Shown one piece after another: positions 28,064 through 38,639 of a DNA stretch of 64,000 nt. The stretch lies in assembly GCA_050011565.1 (NCBI GenBank), contig JBEKIW010000001.1:512001-576000 (forward strand), read 5' to 3'. The stretch is from Dehalococcoidia bacterium (lineage in GTDB: Bacteria > Chloroflexota > Dehalococcoidia > GIF9 > UBA5629). Position numbers and translations under genes: made by a program. Position 1 is the stretch's first letter; each line of letters begins with the position of its first letter. The notes beneath the pieces are model-generated. The model was not told the origin of the DNA. It was given only the letters and a program-made list of their open reading frames with translations, and ran no database searches.

Positions 28064-28899
28064 GCGAGGGGAAATCATTTAAACTGTTTACCAGACCTAA
28101 GTTTGATAATTCGTCGGTGGTTATAGTCTGGAACCAGGATGTCGGGAGGCTCGGCTCAAAGGTTGCTGATTATCTGGCCAGACAACTGGAAGGCCGAGAG
28201 CTTGGCGAAATTAGTCCCGATGGCTTTTTCTCGCTCAGCGGAGTTACAGTAGAAGACGATATAGCTCAATTTCCAGAAAGCAAATTCTATCGGTGCCGGA
28301 CTGAGAACTTTGTGATTTTCAAGAGTGATATACCCAGGTTCGATTGGTACGGGTTTATTAACCTGGTCCTGGATATCGCAGAGAAATATTTTAAGGTTAA
28401 GCAGATATATACCGTTGGTGGTATGGTGCTGCCAAGCGCGCATACTACGCCACGAACGTTGTTGTCGGTGGTCAATTCGACGGAGATGAAGAGGATATTA
28501 GGCGGTTATGACATAGTCCATGACATGGATTATGAAACGCGCGAAGACCAGAGACCAACCTTCAGTTCTTACCTTCTTTGGGCTGCGAAGATAAGAGATA
28601 TTCCCGGTGCCTGCCTTTGGGTACCCGTGCCTTTCTATTTAATGACGGTTGAAGACCCACAGGCTTGTAAGAAAGTCTTGGAATTCTTTAATAGGCATTT
28701 GGAGTTGAATATTAATCTCGCAGATATAGATAAGGAAGTGGAAGAGCAGAACCAGAAAATAGCTCTGGTGAGGGGCCGGTTTCCTGACCTGGACGGTTAT
28801 ATAAGTAAGCTTGAAAGCAATCTTGGACTGACGGCAGACGAGGGTGAAAGACTGGTTAAGAAAATAGATGAATTGCTGGGGGGCAGCCATTCAAACTGA
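28060..28899 (+). CDS. PAC2 family protein (second paralogue)
   Basis: IYTVGG...HT.PR, CLWVPVPFY...DPQA; overlaps the previous gene. Confidence 0.82.
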   Translation: MSEGKSFKLFTRPKFDNSSVVIVWNQDVGRLGSKVADYLARQLEGRELGEISPDGFFSLSGVTVEDDIAQFPESKFYRCRTENFVIFKSDIPRFDWYGFINLVLDIAEKYFKVKQIYTVGGMVLPSAHTTPRTLLSVVNSTEMKRILGGYDIVHDMDYETREDQRPTFSSYLLWAAKIRDIPGACLWVPVPFYLMTVEDPQACKKVLEFFNRHLELNINLADIDKEVEEQNQKIALVRGRFPDLDGYISKLESNLGLTADEGERLVKKIDELLGGSHSN

Positions 28900-28938
28900 A
28901 CCATAACACGGATTTTTACTGGATTGGCCGGCTTAGCT

Positions 28939-29778
28939 CTACTTAGCGCTTTTTGCAATTGCAGCCAGTGCGCCGGGACCACCGTGTACTCCCAATGCAG
29001 GCCCTAGTCTTGATATCCTCGGTATTAGGTTGGGAAAGAGCGACCGGGCGTAGTCAGCCAGCGTTCGTGCATCATCTATCGTAGTACTGTGCACTATGGC
29101 GAGGTCGTCGATGTCTGATGTCGCTATGAAATGGCGCAGTCGGTCTATGCCTTTCATTCGGCTGCGTGTCAATCCGGCTGGACGTATCTCTCCGTTAACA
29201 AGGGTAATCAAAGGCTTGATGTTAAGCTTTGATTCCAGGGCGAAAATGGTATTGCCCAGACGTCCGCCTTTTACTGCATATCTAAGAGTATCCAAAAGCG
29301 CTATGGCATGCAGTTGATTGATAGTGCTATGAGCTTTGTTTACCACCTGTTGTAAGCTGCATCCGGCCCTGGCAGCCTGAGCGGCGACTATGGCAACAAG
29401 ACCCTGCCACATAGTTAAGCCTTGTGAGTCAATAACTTCAATCTTGTAACCTTTTCCTTTGGCAATGTCTCTTCCCACCAGAGCAGAATCGTACATCGCG
29501 CTGTGCTTCCTGGTAACGTGTATAGAGACGATCTCGTTGGTTTCTTTGGCTACCTCTTCATATACCTTGGCAAAATCTCCCGGCGATGGTGCCGCAGTAG
29601 ACGGGTGAATAGAGCTGGTTGTTAGTTTCTCGTAAAATTGGTCACAATCGATATCTACTCCGTCACGGTAGACCTCATTGCCAAAATGAAGATAAGCCGG
29701 CACTACTGTAATACCTAATTTTTTGGCTTCCGCCTGAGTAATATCGGAACAACTGTCAGTAACGATTTTGATTGTCAT
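28939..29778 (-). CDS. DegV family fatty acid-binding protein
   Basis: IVTDSCSD, YRDGVDI, STAAPSPG, KGGRLG, GVHGGPG. Confidence 0.93.
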   Translation of the reverse strand: MTIKIVTDSCSDITQAEAKKLGITVVPAYLHFGNEVYRDGVDIDCDQFYEKLTTSSIHPSTAAPSPGDFAKVYEEVAKETNEIVSIHVTRKHSAMYDSALVGRDIAKGKGYKIEVIDSQGLTMWQGLVAIVAAQAARAGCSLQQVVNKAHSTINQLHAIALLDTLRYAVKGGRLGNTIFALESKLNIKPLITLVNGEIRPAGLTRSRMKGIDRLRHFIATSDIDDLAIVHSTTIDDARTLADYARSLFPNLIPRISRLGPALGVHGGPGALAAIAKSAK

Positions 29779-29987
29779 AAGTTACACTTCTTAATAAAGA
29801 TGGCACTAAAGGATTAAGTTTAGAGTATACTTTATGATTGCAGCCGTGTAAAGTGATTGAATGAAGTTAAGTCATCTGGCTTGAAGTATAAGCGTTAGCA
29901 AGTTACAATTAGGACCGGCTGCTGTCTCAGGCAAGAAGTTTAATAGACTAATAGTACCGATTTACTTTAAACAAGGGCGATAATAGT

Positions 29988-30452
29988 ATGCAACAGATTT
30001 TTCCTTGTCCTGTGTGTGGTGCACAGAACTGTATAGGTCAGGCGTTCTGCCAGGTTTGCGGGCAGAGATTTCAATATAATTGTCCTTACTGTGGTGCTGT
30101 TGTTGACTCTACGCTGGTAAATTGTCCCGGGTGTCGCCAGAGCCTTTTCTGGCCAACACCACAGAGGGTAAAGCCTTTTCCCAAACAACCGGCGGCCGTT
30201 AGAGGACGTGGAGAAGGTGGAGAAGAGGAAACTAAAACCAAACAGAAGTCCGACCCCTGGCTTACGGGATGCCTTGGTTTGGTAATTATTGCGATTTTAT
30301 TGATGGGAGCCTACTTCATTTATGATAATTTCATTAAGGAGAAGCCGTCGCCAACATTGCCGCCGGTATCAGGCGTCGAAACCGGTTTCAAACCAATGGA
30401 ATTTGCAGAATTTAGCCCGATTCACGATATAAGCAGAATGACTCAGATATAG
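29988..30452 (+). CDS. Double zinc-ribbon membrane-anchored protein
   Basis: Four CxxC pairs followed by one TM helix. Confidence 0.8.
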   Translation: MQQIFPCPVCGAQNCIGQAFCQVCGQRFQYNCPYCGAVVDSTLVNCPGCRQSLFWPTPQRVKPFPKQPAAVRGRGEGGEEETKTKQKSDPWLTGCLGLVIIAILLMGAYFIYDNFIKEKPSPTLPPVSGVETGFKPMEFAEFSPIHDISRMTQI

Positions 30453-30485
30453 TGGAACCATAAGAGGAAATTCGTCATACAGCAA

Positions 30486-31271
30486 ATGTTCGATTTCTTT
30501 CCGTATTTTTTCGCTAATCCCAGTGTATGGGGGTGGAGCTTAGCAGTAATCTTTGGTGCTATTTGGCTGGCTTGCTATCGCCCACCGATGATTACTAAGC
30601 CGTGGCTGTGGGTGGTTCTAGTTGCCGGTGCCATTCTGGCACCCATTGCCATCGTCATTACCTACTTCATAGTAGGGGCTGGGATTAGTAAATTACTCAG
30701 TTACTTCTGGAATCAACAGACCGTTGAGAGCTGGAGCTGGCTTCTGAGTATACCATCCATTTTCATTTTTGGACTGGTCTGGGAAGGGGCCAAGTTGTTG
30801 CCGGTGGGCATCTATTGGTGGCGGAAAAACAGGGAGATTGAGCCTAAGTTAGGTTTACTAGTCGGCGCTGTGGCCGGGGCCGGTTTTGGCATACTTGAGG
30901 CGCAGTGGGCGCTTAATTATTTTATTCGCGGTTCTAACTGGAGCTGGCAGCTGGTACAAGCTGAGGGATTTCCGGCGATAACAGGATTCTGGGAGAGTTT
31001 TTTTGTTTTGGGTCTGAACGTCGCTTCTACGGCTCTGGCTGGTTGGGGAGTGGCCAAGGGTTGGGGATGGAAATTCTATCTACTGGCCTGCTTCGTATAT
31101 CTCGTTACTAACTATAATACGGTTTTGGTGAGCCGTGGCCTCGTTTCGGCAACTCAAGCGCAATTCCTTATTGCTGCCTGGGCGCTTATAGTAGTAGGGG
31201 TGACTCTGTGGCTCCGCGAGAGGAAGTCAAAGGCTTTACGCAGGAAATCAAAGACTTTACGCAGGAAATAA
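30486..31271 (+). CDS. PrsW-like intramembrane protein, catalytic motifs degenerate
   Basis: Multi-TM; WEGAK, GAVAGAGFGILEA. Confidence 0.7.
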   Translation: MFDFFPYFFANPSVWGWSLAVIFGAIWLACYRPPMITKPWLWVVLVAGAILAPIAIVITYFIVGAGISKLLSYFWNQQTVESWSWLLSIPSIFIFGLVWEGAKLLPVGIYWWRKNREIEPKLGLLVGAVAGAGFGILEAQWALNYFIRGSNWSWQLVQAEGFPAITGFWESFFVLGLNVASTALAGWGVAKGWGWKFYLLACFVYLVTNYNTVLVSRGLVSATQAQFLIAAWALIVVGVTLWLRERKSKALRRKSKTLRRK

Positions 31272-31286
31272 AAGGGAGGTATTACT

Positions 31287-31601
31287 ATGGATATCGGGTG
31301 GTTCAGAGACCTTGTTATTTGTATCTCGGGACTGGTAATAACAGTAGTGGTCATATTCATCGCTGTGCTGGCATATTTATTATATAGTAAGATAAGGCCA
31401 GTATTGGATTCGATGAAGGCGACTTCGGCGACCATACACGAGATTACTTCTACTGTATACGAGATTACTTCTACTGTGAAGGACGAAGTAGTAAAGCCCG
31501 CAGTTCAATTTGTGACTTTAATTCGCGGTATAGTTCAAGGTATTGAGTTAGCTAGTAAATTATTCAAGAGGGAAGAAAAGAAAGGAGACTGCAATGACTG
31601 A
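31287..31601 (+). CDS. Single-TM hypothetical protein (DUF948/YoxC-like)
   Basis: N-terminal TM plus helical tail; overlaps the YtxH gene. Confidence 0.65.
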   Translation: MDIGWFRDLVICISGLVITVVVIFIAVLAYLLYSKIRPVLDSMKATSATIHEITSTVYEITSTVKDEVVKPAVQFVTLIRGIVQGIELASKLFKREEKKGDCND

Positions 31602-31824
31602 TAGAGACGGAGGCACTGGATTTGGCGTTGGACTTCTGGTAGGGGCGGCACTGGGTCTGGCTATTGGTTTTCTCTTTGCCCCGCGGTCAGGCGAGGAGAC
31701 AAGGCAGTTGTTGAAGGAGAAGGCTGGGGCAGCTCGTGAAAGGGCGGCAGAAGCTACCAGAAAAGTGAGGGAGACTGCTGGCGAAGCCGTAAAGAGAGCT
31801 CGAGCGAAAATGGAAGAAGCCTGA
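31594..31824 (+). CDS. YtxH domain protein
   Basis: GLLVGAALGLAIGFLFAPRSGEETR. Confidence 0.9.
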   Translation: MTDRDGGTGFGVGLLVGAALGLAIGFLFAPRSGEETRQLLKEKAGAARERAAEATRKVRETAGEAVKRARAKMEEA

Positions 31825-31957
31825 GCGAAGCCAGATTAAACTTTACATAATCGCTTAGCACTTCGGTTACTGAGGGCGGTGTGCCCTGGAATAACTCACA
31901 TCTTCACTTATTAACACCCTCGATTTTTAGGACTGAACGCATCGAGAGGAGCTAGAG

Positions 31958-33055
31958 TTGGAGACATCGAGTAACATTTTCAAGAGGCAATGGCGGCTTA
32001 TACTTTTCGTATTAGGCATAATTCTTATTGTCTTGCTTCTAAGTGTTTTTTGGAGGGTCTTACTACCCTTTGTCTGTGGCCTGATACTGGCTTATCTTTT
32101 ATATCCTCTCATTGCATGGCTTGAGCGGAAATTGCCCGGTCAAGGCAGGTGGTTATCAGCCAGACGAGCCTCTCTGATAACAGTTATCTTTATAGTAATT
32201 TTGGTGCTCGTTGGCGTGTTGGCTTTCTATATCTTTACGGGTGTGGTTAGTTCCTTTTCAGTTTTGCTGAAAAATGCGCCACAGTATTTTTCTGAAGGTT
32301 TGAAGACTGTACAGGGTTGGCTTCATGGTCTTCAACAATTGCTTCCGCCTGAAACACAGCAGCAGATGGGAGGTATTGCTCAAAACGCAGGTACGGCATT
32401 GGGTAATGCTATGCAAGGCGCCTTCGCCAATGGCCTATCCGTTGTTTCGAGCACATTTGGAGTAATCTTGGGTTTTATTGCCTTGCCCGTGTTCCTCTTC
32501 TACATCTTAAAAGATTGGGAAAAACTAAGCAGCAGCTTTTATTCTGCTTTTTCTCCGCAGATTGCTGTACATGTCAGAGGTGTTGTTGCGGTCATAGATA
32601 GGGTCTTGGGGCGATGGATTCGTGCCCAGCTGATGCTTTCCGCCGTCGTGACGGTCATGTGTTTTATCGGGTTGTTGGCTTTGGGGATAACATTGGCTCC
32701 AGCGCTGGCTGCTCTACAGGGGCTGATGGAGTTCGTTCCCATACTCGGTCCGTGGATTGGTGGCGCTGTCGGTGTAATTGTCATACTGGCTATCGCGCCA
32801 GAAAAAGCAATTTGGGCGGCCGTTGTCTATCTTGCCGTACAACTGTCAGAAAATTTATTTCTTGTCCCCAGGATTCATGGAGCCTATATGAGGATACATC
32901 CGGCCATGATTTTAGTTTTACTTCCTTTGGGGGCTTATATTGCCGGTTTGTGGGGCATAATACTGGTTGTCCCGTTGACGGCAACGGCTATAGAACTCTA
33001 TAAATATGCGCGCCAGAACCTGATGGCGCAGGAGATACAGCAAGCCTCTGAATAG
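31958..33055 (+). CDS. AI-2E family transporter
   Basis: ILAYLLYP, FYILKD, EFVPILGP, QLSENLFLVPRI, IHP. Confidence 0.9.
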   Translation: METSSNIFKRQWRLILFVLGIILIVLLLSVFWRVLLPFVCGLILAYLLYPLIAWLERKLPGQGRWLSARRASLITVIFIVILVLVGVLAFYIFTGVVSSFSVLLKNAPQYFSEGLKTVQGWLHGLQQLLPPETQQQMGGIAQNAGTALGNAMQGAFANGLSVVSSTFGVILGFIALPVFLFYILKDWEKLSSSFYSAFSPQIAVHVRGVVAVIDRVLGRWIRAQLMLSAVVTVMCFIGLLALGITLAPALAALQGLMEFVPILGPWIGGAVGVIVILAIAPEKAIWAAVVYLAVQLSENLFLVPRIHGAYMRIHPAMILVLLPLGAYIAGLWGIILVVPLTATAIELYKYARQNLMAQEIQQASE

Positions 33056-33083
33056 ATTGCCTTTTCAGTTATTAGACAAGCAA

Positions 33084-35939
33084 CTACTTCGCTAAAGAGT
33101 ACTCTTCCCGTTGCTTTTCCAGCGCACTGCGTAGATATTGGCCGGTGAAGGATGTATCTATATGTGCTACCTCTTCGGGAGTGCCGGTAGCTATGATGTA
33201 ACCGCCTTCATCGCCGGCACCAGGCCCAAGGTCAATAATATAATCGGCGTTTTTCATTACATCTACGTGGTGTTCAATAATCACTACCGTGTTGCCGGCA
33301 TCCACCAGCCGCTGAAGCACCTGAAGCAGGCAGGCTATGTCGGGGAATGACAGGCCTGTAGTCGGTTCATCGAGGATGTAGAGGGTCTTGCCCGTGGAGC
33401 GGCGAGATAACTCAGTAGCAAGTTTTACCCGCTGGGCTTCGCCGCCGGAAAGAGTTGGGGCTGGCTGTCCCAGACGTATGTAGCTTAAACCGACATCACG
33501 CAATGTCTCGAGCTTGTTTCTTACTTTAGGTAAGTGTTCAAAGAAGGTTAAAGCTTCATCTACACTCATATCCAGAATGTCGGCTATATTCTTGCCTTTG
33601 AAATAAATCTCCAGAGCCTCGCGATTGTAACGCTTACCTTTGCATACCTCACAGGGCACTGTAACATCGGGAAGAAACTGCATCTCTATCTGAATATAGC
33701 CTTCGCCCTGACAGGCTTCGCATCGGCCGCCGCGGACGTTGAAGGAAAAACGCCCTGGACGGTAGCCGCGCATACGCGCTTCGGGCACTGTGGCTAACAG
33801 TTCACGAATAGGGGTAAAGGTGCCCGTATAGGTGGCCGGGTTACTGCGCGGAGTACGGCCGATAGGCGATTGGTCGATGTTGATGACCTTATCGATACGC
33901 TCAATGCCTATAATATCGTCACATTTTCCGGGCCTATCCTTGGCTCTGTAAAATATCTGAGCCAGTTTCTTGTAAAGCACCTCGTTGATAAGTGTGCTTT
34001 TGCCGCTGCCTGATACACCGCTGATGCAGACGAACTTGCCCAGAGGTATAGGAACATCAATACTTTTCAGATTGTTCTCGCGTGCACCCTTGATTATCAA
34101 TTCTTTGCCTGAACCGGGGCGGCGACTTTGCGGCAAAGGGATTTGTTTAGCCCTGCTGAGGTATTGGCCGGTTATTGATTCCGGGCACTGCATGATATCT
34201 GTCAGGGTTCCAGCGGCCACGATCTGCCCACCGTGCGCTCCGGCCCCGGGCCCCATATCAATAATATAGTCAGCCGCTCGCATCATGGCTTCATCATGCT
34301 CAACTATGAGAACCGTATTGCCCAGGTCACGCAGTCGCTTCATTGTTCCAACGAGGCGATGAATGTCAGCCGGATGCAGACCAATTGTAGGCTCATCGCA
34401 AATGTAGAGGACTCCCATAAGACCGCTGCCGATCTGAGTAGCCAGGCGGATTCTCTGGGCTTCACCGCCGCTCAGGGTTGCGGAAGGGCGGCCCAGGGTC
34501 AGGTAGCCAAGGCCGATGTCTATAAGAAAGCCCAGGCGGGTGCCTATCTCTTTTAGTATCTGTTGTGCGATCTTTAGCTCGTGTTGTGTTAAACGGGGCT
34601 TGGCTGGGTCAGTAAGCAGATGTATCCATCGTAATGCTTCCGAAGCGGACAGTTCGGTAACGTCGATTATATTCAGGTCGTCTACGGTAATAGCCAGAGA
34701 TTCGGGCTTAAGACGCTTTCCATGACAAACTGGGCAGGGAGAAGAAGCCATATATCGTTCAATGTCAGCGCGGGTATTGCTGGATTCGGTGTCGCGATAA
34801 ATTCGTTCGAGGTAAGGGATGGCACCTTCGTATCCGGTAAAGTATTCTCTGACCCGACCGTAGCGGTTTCGGTATTTGACGAGTTCTCCATCCTCGCCGT
34901 ACAGGACGAGGCTGAGATGCTCTTTGCTTAGCTTATTTACAGGAGTGCTAAGTGAAAAACCGTAGCGGCCGGCTAAATCTTGAAGTTCTCCGACATGCCA
35001 GGCAAACCATCCCCAGGCATGGATGGCACCCTGGGCTAGACTTAGGTCCTTGTTGGGGATAAGTAAGTCAGGGTCTATTTCCAGCTTGATGCCAAGTCCA
35101 CTGCATGCCGGACAGGCTCCGTGCGGGCTATTGAAGCTGAAGGTCCGGGGGGCTATTTCACCCAGGCTCATGCCGCAAACGACGCAGGCGAAGTGCTCGG
35201 AAAACAGCAGTTCATCTCCATCTGTGATTGACACGAGAACGACGCCGGCCCCAAGCTTGAGCGCCGTTTCCACTGAGTCGGCGATGCGGCCTTTTTCAGC
35301 TTCGCCTATCTGGAGCCGGTCGATCACAGCTTCAATCGTGTGCTTTTTGTTCTTGTCCAGTTCGAACTCTTCGGAGAGGTCGCGGATACGTCTATCTACT
35401 CGAACCCGGACAAACCCTGACTTGCGCAGGTCGTTGAAAACGGACAGATATTCACCTTTCCGGTCTCTGATTAATGGGGCTAGAATCATTATTTTGCTGC
35501 CGGTTGGTATTTCCTGCACTGCGTCCACGATTTGTTGCACTGTCTGTCGACAGATTTCACGGCCGCATTTGGGGCAGTGAGGGTGCCCCACACGGGCGAA
35601 GAGAAGTCGCAAATAGTCATAAATCTCGGTCATCGTGCCCACGGTTGAGCGTGGATTGTGGGACGGTCCTTTCTGGTCGATTGAGATAGCCGGGCTTAGT
35701 CCTTCGATGTAATCGACATCTGGCTTTTCCATTCGGCCCAGGAACTGTCGCGCATAGGCAGAAAGCGATTCTACATAGCGGCGCTGCCCTTCAGCATATA
35801 TGGTATCGAAAGCTAAGGAACTCTTGCCCGAACCGGAAACGCCGGTGATGACCACCAGCTTATCACGAGGTATGGCTACGTCTATATTTTTAAGGTTATG
35901 CTCGCGGGCACCTTTTACGATTATTTTGTCTAAAGGCAT
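33084..35939 (-). CDS. uvrA: Excinuclease ABC subunit A
   Basis: [32 protein letters not shown], two LSGGEAQR signatures, zinc fingers. Confidence 0.98.
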   Translation of the reverse strand: MPLDKIIVKGAREHNLKNIDVAIPRDKLVVITGVSGSGKSSLAFDTIYAEGQRRYVESLSAYARQFLGRMEKPDVDYIEGLSPAISIDQKGPSHNPRSTVGTMTEIYDYLRLLFARVGHPHCPKCGREICRQTVQQIVDAVQEIPTGSKIMILAPLIRDRKGEYLSVFNDLRKSGFVRVRVDRRIRDLSEEFELDKNKKHTIEAVIDRLQIGEAEKGRIADSVETALKLGAGVVLVSITDGDELLFSEHFACVVCGMSLGEIAPRTFSFNSPHGACPACSGLGIKLEIDPDLLIPNKDLSLAQGAIHAWGWFAWHVGELQDLAGRYGFSLSTPVNKLSKEHLSLVLYGEDGELVKYRNRYGRVREYFTGYEGAIPYLERIYRDTESSNTRADIERYMASSPCPVCHGKRLKPESLAITVDDLNIIDVTELSASEALRWIHLLTDPAKPRLTQHELKIAQQILKEIGTRLGFLIDIGLGYLTLGRPSATLSGGEAQRIRLATQIGSGLMGVLYICDEPTIGLHPADIHRLVGTMKRLRDLGNTVLIVEHDEAMMRAADYIIDMGPGAGAHGGQIVAAGTLTDIMQCPESITGQYLSRAKQIPLPQSRRPGSGKELIIKGARENNLKSIDVPIPLGKFVCISGVSGSGKSTLINEVLYKKLAQIFYRAKDRPGKCDDIIGIERIDKVINIDQSPIGRTPRSNPATYTGTFTPIRELLATVPEARMRGYRPGRFSFNVRGGRCEACQGEGYIQIEMQFLPDVTVPCEVCKGKRYNREALEIYFKGKNIADILDMSVDEALTFFEHLPKVRNKLETLRDVGLSYIRLGQPAPTLSGGEAQRVKLATELSRRSTGKTLYILDEPTTGLSFPDIACLLQVLQRLVDAGNTVVIIEHHVDVMKNADYIIDLGPGAGDEGGYIIATGTPEEVAHIDTSFTGQYLRSALEKQREEYSLAK

Positions 35940-35989
35940 AGTATGTCCTTGTGGTATAAATTGGCTATTAATTTTAGCACTACGAGCGG

Positions 35990-36116
35990 CTAAATCCTAA
36001 ATCCCAATTTCTAAGATATAAACAAACTTAAAATACTAATGATCAAAACTGTTTTTAAACTTGGAGAATTCGAATTTTGGTATTGTTTAGAATTTAGGGT
36101 TTAGTACTTGGGATTT
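35990..36116. repeat. AT-rich imperfect inverted repeat (MITE/REP-like)
   Basis: CTAAATCCTAAATCCCAATTTCTAAG...TTTAGAATTTAGGGTTTAGTACTTGGGATTT with about 7-nt periodic arms. Confidence 0.55.
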
Positions 36117-36261
36117 CTCAATCTGGTTGCTTACGGAGGTTAAGAATGGCACTACCTCTTTGTTCTGCTGACCAGGAAGGCCGCAACAGGTACGACAATG
36201 AGCAATAAGGCAACGGTGATCCTTACGGGAGTCGATGTCTCGATCTACCCATGTAGGTTTT

Positions 36262-38418
36262 TCAGGATGCCGTTTCAGGGGGTAGCTTTTCGGGGGCAAC
36301 AACCTCTCTGGCAGCGATATCTACCTGCGGCATACCGTCGGTATAGTGAGGTGCGGGCGGTTCCAGTTCCTGCCCGGGAGCATAGATTTGCTCTTCATTC
36401 ACAGTATTCATCCGGCTATAAACTATTTCTACACTACCTTCGTGTGGTTCTTTATGACCACGTGGCAACCAGCAGCTCAAGATTTCCCACTCCTGGAATA
36501 TATCACGTGCCCACATTATGGCTATGCCAGGCATATCTTCGGCCGTCTTTTTGCCACCCGTTGGCAGTTTCGCAGTCCTGGTTTCTACCTGTCTCCAATT
36601 ACTGGCAACTACTCTCAGAGCCCTCTTCGAGGTGAAATTGCATGTCGTAGTTTCCTCTTCAGGTGGAGTTGCTGCTTCGGCTGCTGCCGGTGGTATTGAT
36701 TGCGGTGCCGACAATCTTTTATCTGCCCCAACCATTGGGGCTCCAGGCAGTTCCTTGGCGCCTGTTGTGACCTTTATCTCATCTTCGTATTTCTGGAGAA
36801 GCTCACCGAATTTCTCCATGAGCTGCTCTCTGGTCGTCGCCGGACCTAATTTGGGCTTATCTCCACCTATCATTACCACAGTGGTTTGAGGTGGTTGTAG
36901 GGGCTGTGGAGGTGGTGGTGGCGGCATATACGGATAATACGGTGGTGGCGGTGCCGCCGGTTTTGGCTGCAGACTGCGAAGCAGCAAGTACAGACCGTAG
37001 CCGCCCAGAATAAGCAAGACAATTGTTAGGGGTATCATAATGAACGGCAGGGTGTAATCAGGCTGCCAATCTATCGTTACTGTCTTGGGGCTATCCATCT
37101 GAGTAGTGCCGCTGGAATTGACGGCATTTAGCTTGCCACCGAATATACCGAGAATACCCTGTATTTTGACTTGCGGATTATTCATACTCCATTTTGCTTC
37201 GCTGCCCGCTTTGTACCAATCACTGCCCTCCGCTTCGCCATAAGGTGATGTCAAGGTCAGCCTGTAGTATGTGTCGTAGTAGGCTGTGCAGCTTCCGGCG
37301 GCATTGACTGTCAGGCTCAGATCTCTGCCCGAGACGGTTTCACCTGTAGGTAATTTCCAGTAGGCGAAACGGTATTGTATACCTGGGCTATTCGGGTCAT
37401 TAACCTGGTCCGGGGCACTGGTTCTGAGCGTGTAGTCTTCCTTATACCAACCGGAGCCAGATAGCTGGCCTACCTTTGAGGGCTCGGTTTTGAAGTCGAT
37501 AGAATATTCTGTGTTATAAGTGAAATTCGCATTAGGTGACGATTCATTTATGGTTATGGCATTTTCTTGGGCTTTGTATCTTATACCAACCTCTGTCGGG
37601 TCTTCCACAGTAGGGTCGACGCTAACAGAGCGGATGGCTCCCAGGTCAAGGCTGAGTGTGGTGGATTGGCCGCCATGCAGAGTAGCAATCGTACTTCCTG
37701 AAACGTATACTTTTGTCTGGCCAGCTTTGAGGCCGCTGCTGATGGTGATAGTAGCATCGTAGCCTCCCTTCTCGACGGTTATGCTGAAGCTCTGTTGACC
37801 GGATAGAGGTGTGGCTGAGCTGTCAGTGACCTGAACCATAAAGCTGTAGTTGCCGTTACTGCCTTTGTCAGGAATGCCTGATATATAGCCAGTGCCTGCA
37901 TTGAGAGTTAGTCCTGAAGGCAATGACCCACTGGAGATAGACCAGGTATATGGTGTTGTCCCACCGCTGACTGTAATGACGGCAGAATAGCTTTCACCCT
38001 CTTTTGCCGATAATAAACTGGTTGTAAGGAACCTTAACGGAGGTTGAGTAATAGTTATGAAGAAGCCCTGCGCGGATGAAGGGCCGGTTGTGTCAGTAAT
38101 CGTAACGATAAAGGTAAATGTCCCGGGTGAGGTGGGATTGCCTGAAATAACACCCGTGGCTGCATTGAGGGTGAGCAGGGGTGGCAGAGAGCCGCCTGTT
38201 ACTGCCCAGGTGTAGGCACCCACTGTTGACGCCGCGACTAAAGTCGCTGTATATGGTGTGCCGACCTGCCCATTTGGCAAAGAGCCGGGGAAGATGACTG
38301 GGATTGCCTGTACAGGGCTGGCAATAAGGAAAAATGCACTGAAGATGGCGAGCAGGCAAAGCACTGTCAAGTAAAGGCCACGGCCATTACCCTGGCTCCG
38401 TAAAATATGTTTCTTCAT
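36262..38418 (-). CDS. Surface protein with two putative Ig (He_PIG) domains, further beta repeats, TM helix, Pro-rich linker and cytoplasmic domain
   Basis: Signal peptide; GSLPPLLTLNAATGVISGNPT and GSLPSGLTLNAGTGYISGIP; GSGWY repeats; PPPPY tract. Confidence 0.8.
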   Translation of the reverse strand: MKKHILRSQGNGRGLYLTVLCLLAIFSAFFLIASPVQAIPVIFPGSLPNGQVGTPYTATLVAASTVGAYTWAVTGGSLPPLLTLNAATGVISGNPTSPGTFTFIVTITDTTGPSSAQGFFITITQPPLRFLTTSLLSAKEGESYSAVITVSGGTTPYTWSISSGSLPSGLTLNAGTGYISGIPDKGSNGNYSFMVQVTDSSATPLSGQQSFSITVEKGGYDATITISSGLKAGQTKVYVSGSTIATLHGGQSTTLSLDLGAIRSVSVDPTVEDPTEVGIRYKAQENAITINESSPNANFTYNTEYSIDFKTEPSKVGQLSGSGWYKEDYTLRTSAPDQVNDPNSPGIQYRFAYWKLPTGETVSGRDLSLTVNAAGSCTAYYDTYYRLTLTSPYGEAEGSDWYKAGSEAKWSMNNPQVKIQGILGIFGGKLNAVNSSGTTQMDSPKTVTIDWQPDYTLPFIMIPLTIVLLILGGYGLYLLLRSLQPKPAAPPPPYYPYMPPPPPPQPLQPPQTTVVMIGGDKPKLGPATTREQLMEKFGELLQKYEDEIKVTTGAKELPGAPMVGADKRLSAPQSIPPAAAEAATPPEEETTTCNFTSKRALRVVASNWRQVETRTAKLPTGGKKTAEDMPGIAIMWARDIFQEWEILSCWLPRGHKEPHEGSVEIVYSRMNTVNEEQIYAPGQELEPPAPHYTDGMPQVDIAAREVVAPEKLPPETAS

Positions 38419-38639
38419 AAGTAGGTTTAATGTACCTTGTATCTATTATAGTAGTCAAGCCGATATTTGTCGATACCACATAGTCAACATTTGGGCAATC
38501 AGGATAAAAAAGCAGCTTATTTGGGGATATAACATTGACTAGATCTTGAGCGTGACCGTCGGTTGTGCCATGACATGGTATAATTGTGGCTCCGGACGTG
38601 CCATAACTGATAACAAGTCCGGTGGGCAGGGCTAATACC

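Noticed and set aside
36150-36260. GACCAGGAAGGCCGCAAC as SRP RNA
   Set aside because: Lacks the CAGG-N-CC-GGAA-GG-AAGCAG helix-8 arrangement
38593-38623. CCGGAC...GTCCGG hairpin before the channel-like gene as a fluoride riboswitch
   Set aside because: Lacks the GGnGAUG...CC...UGAUG consensus; only a short stem
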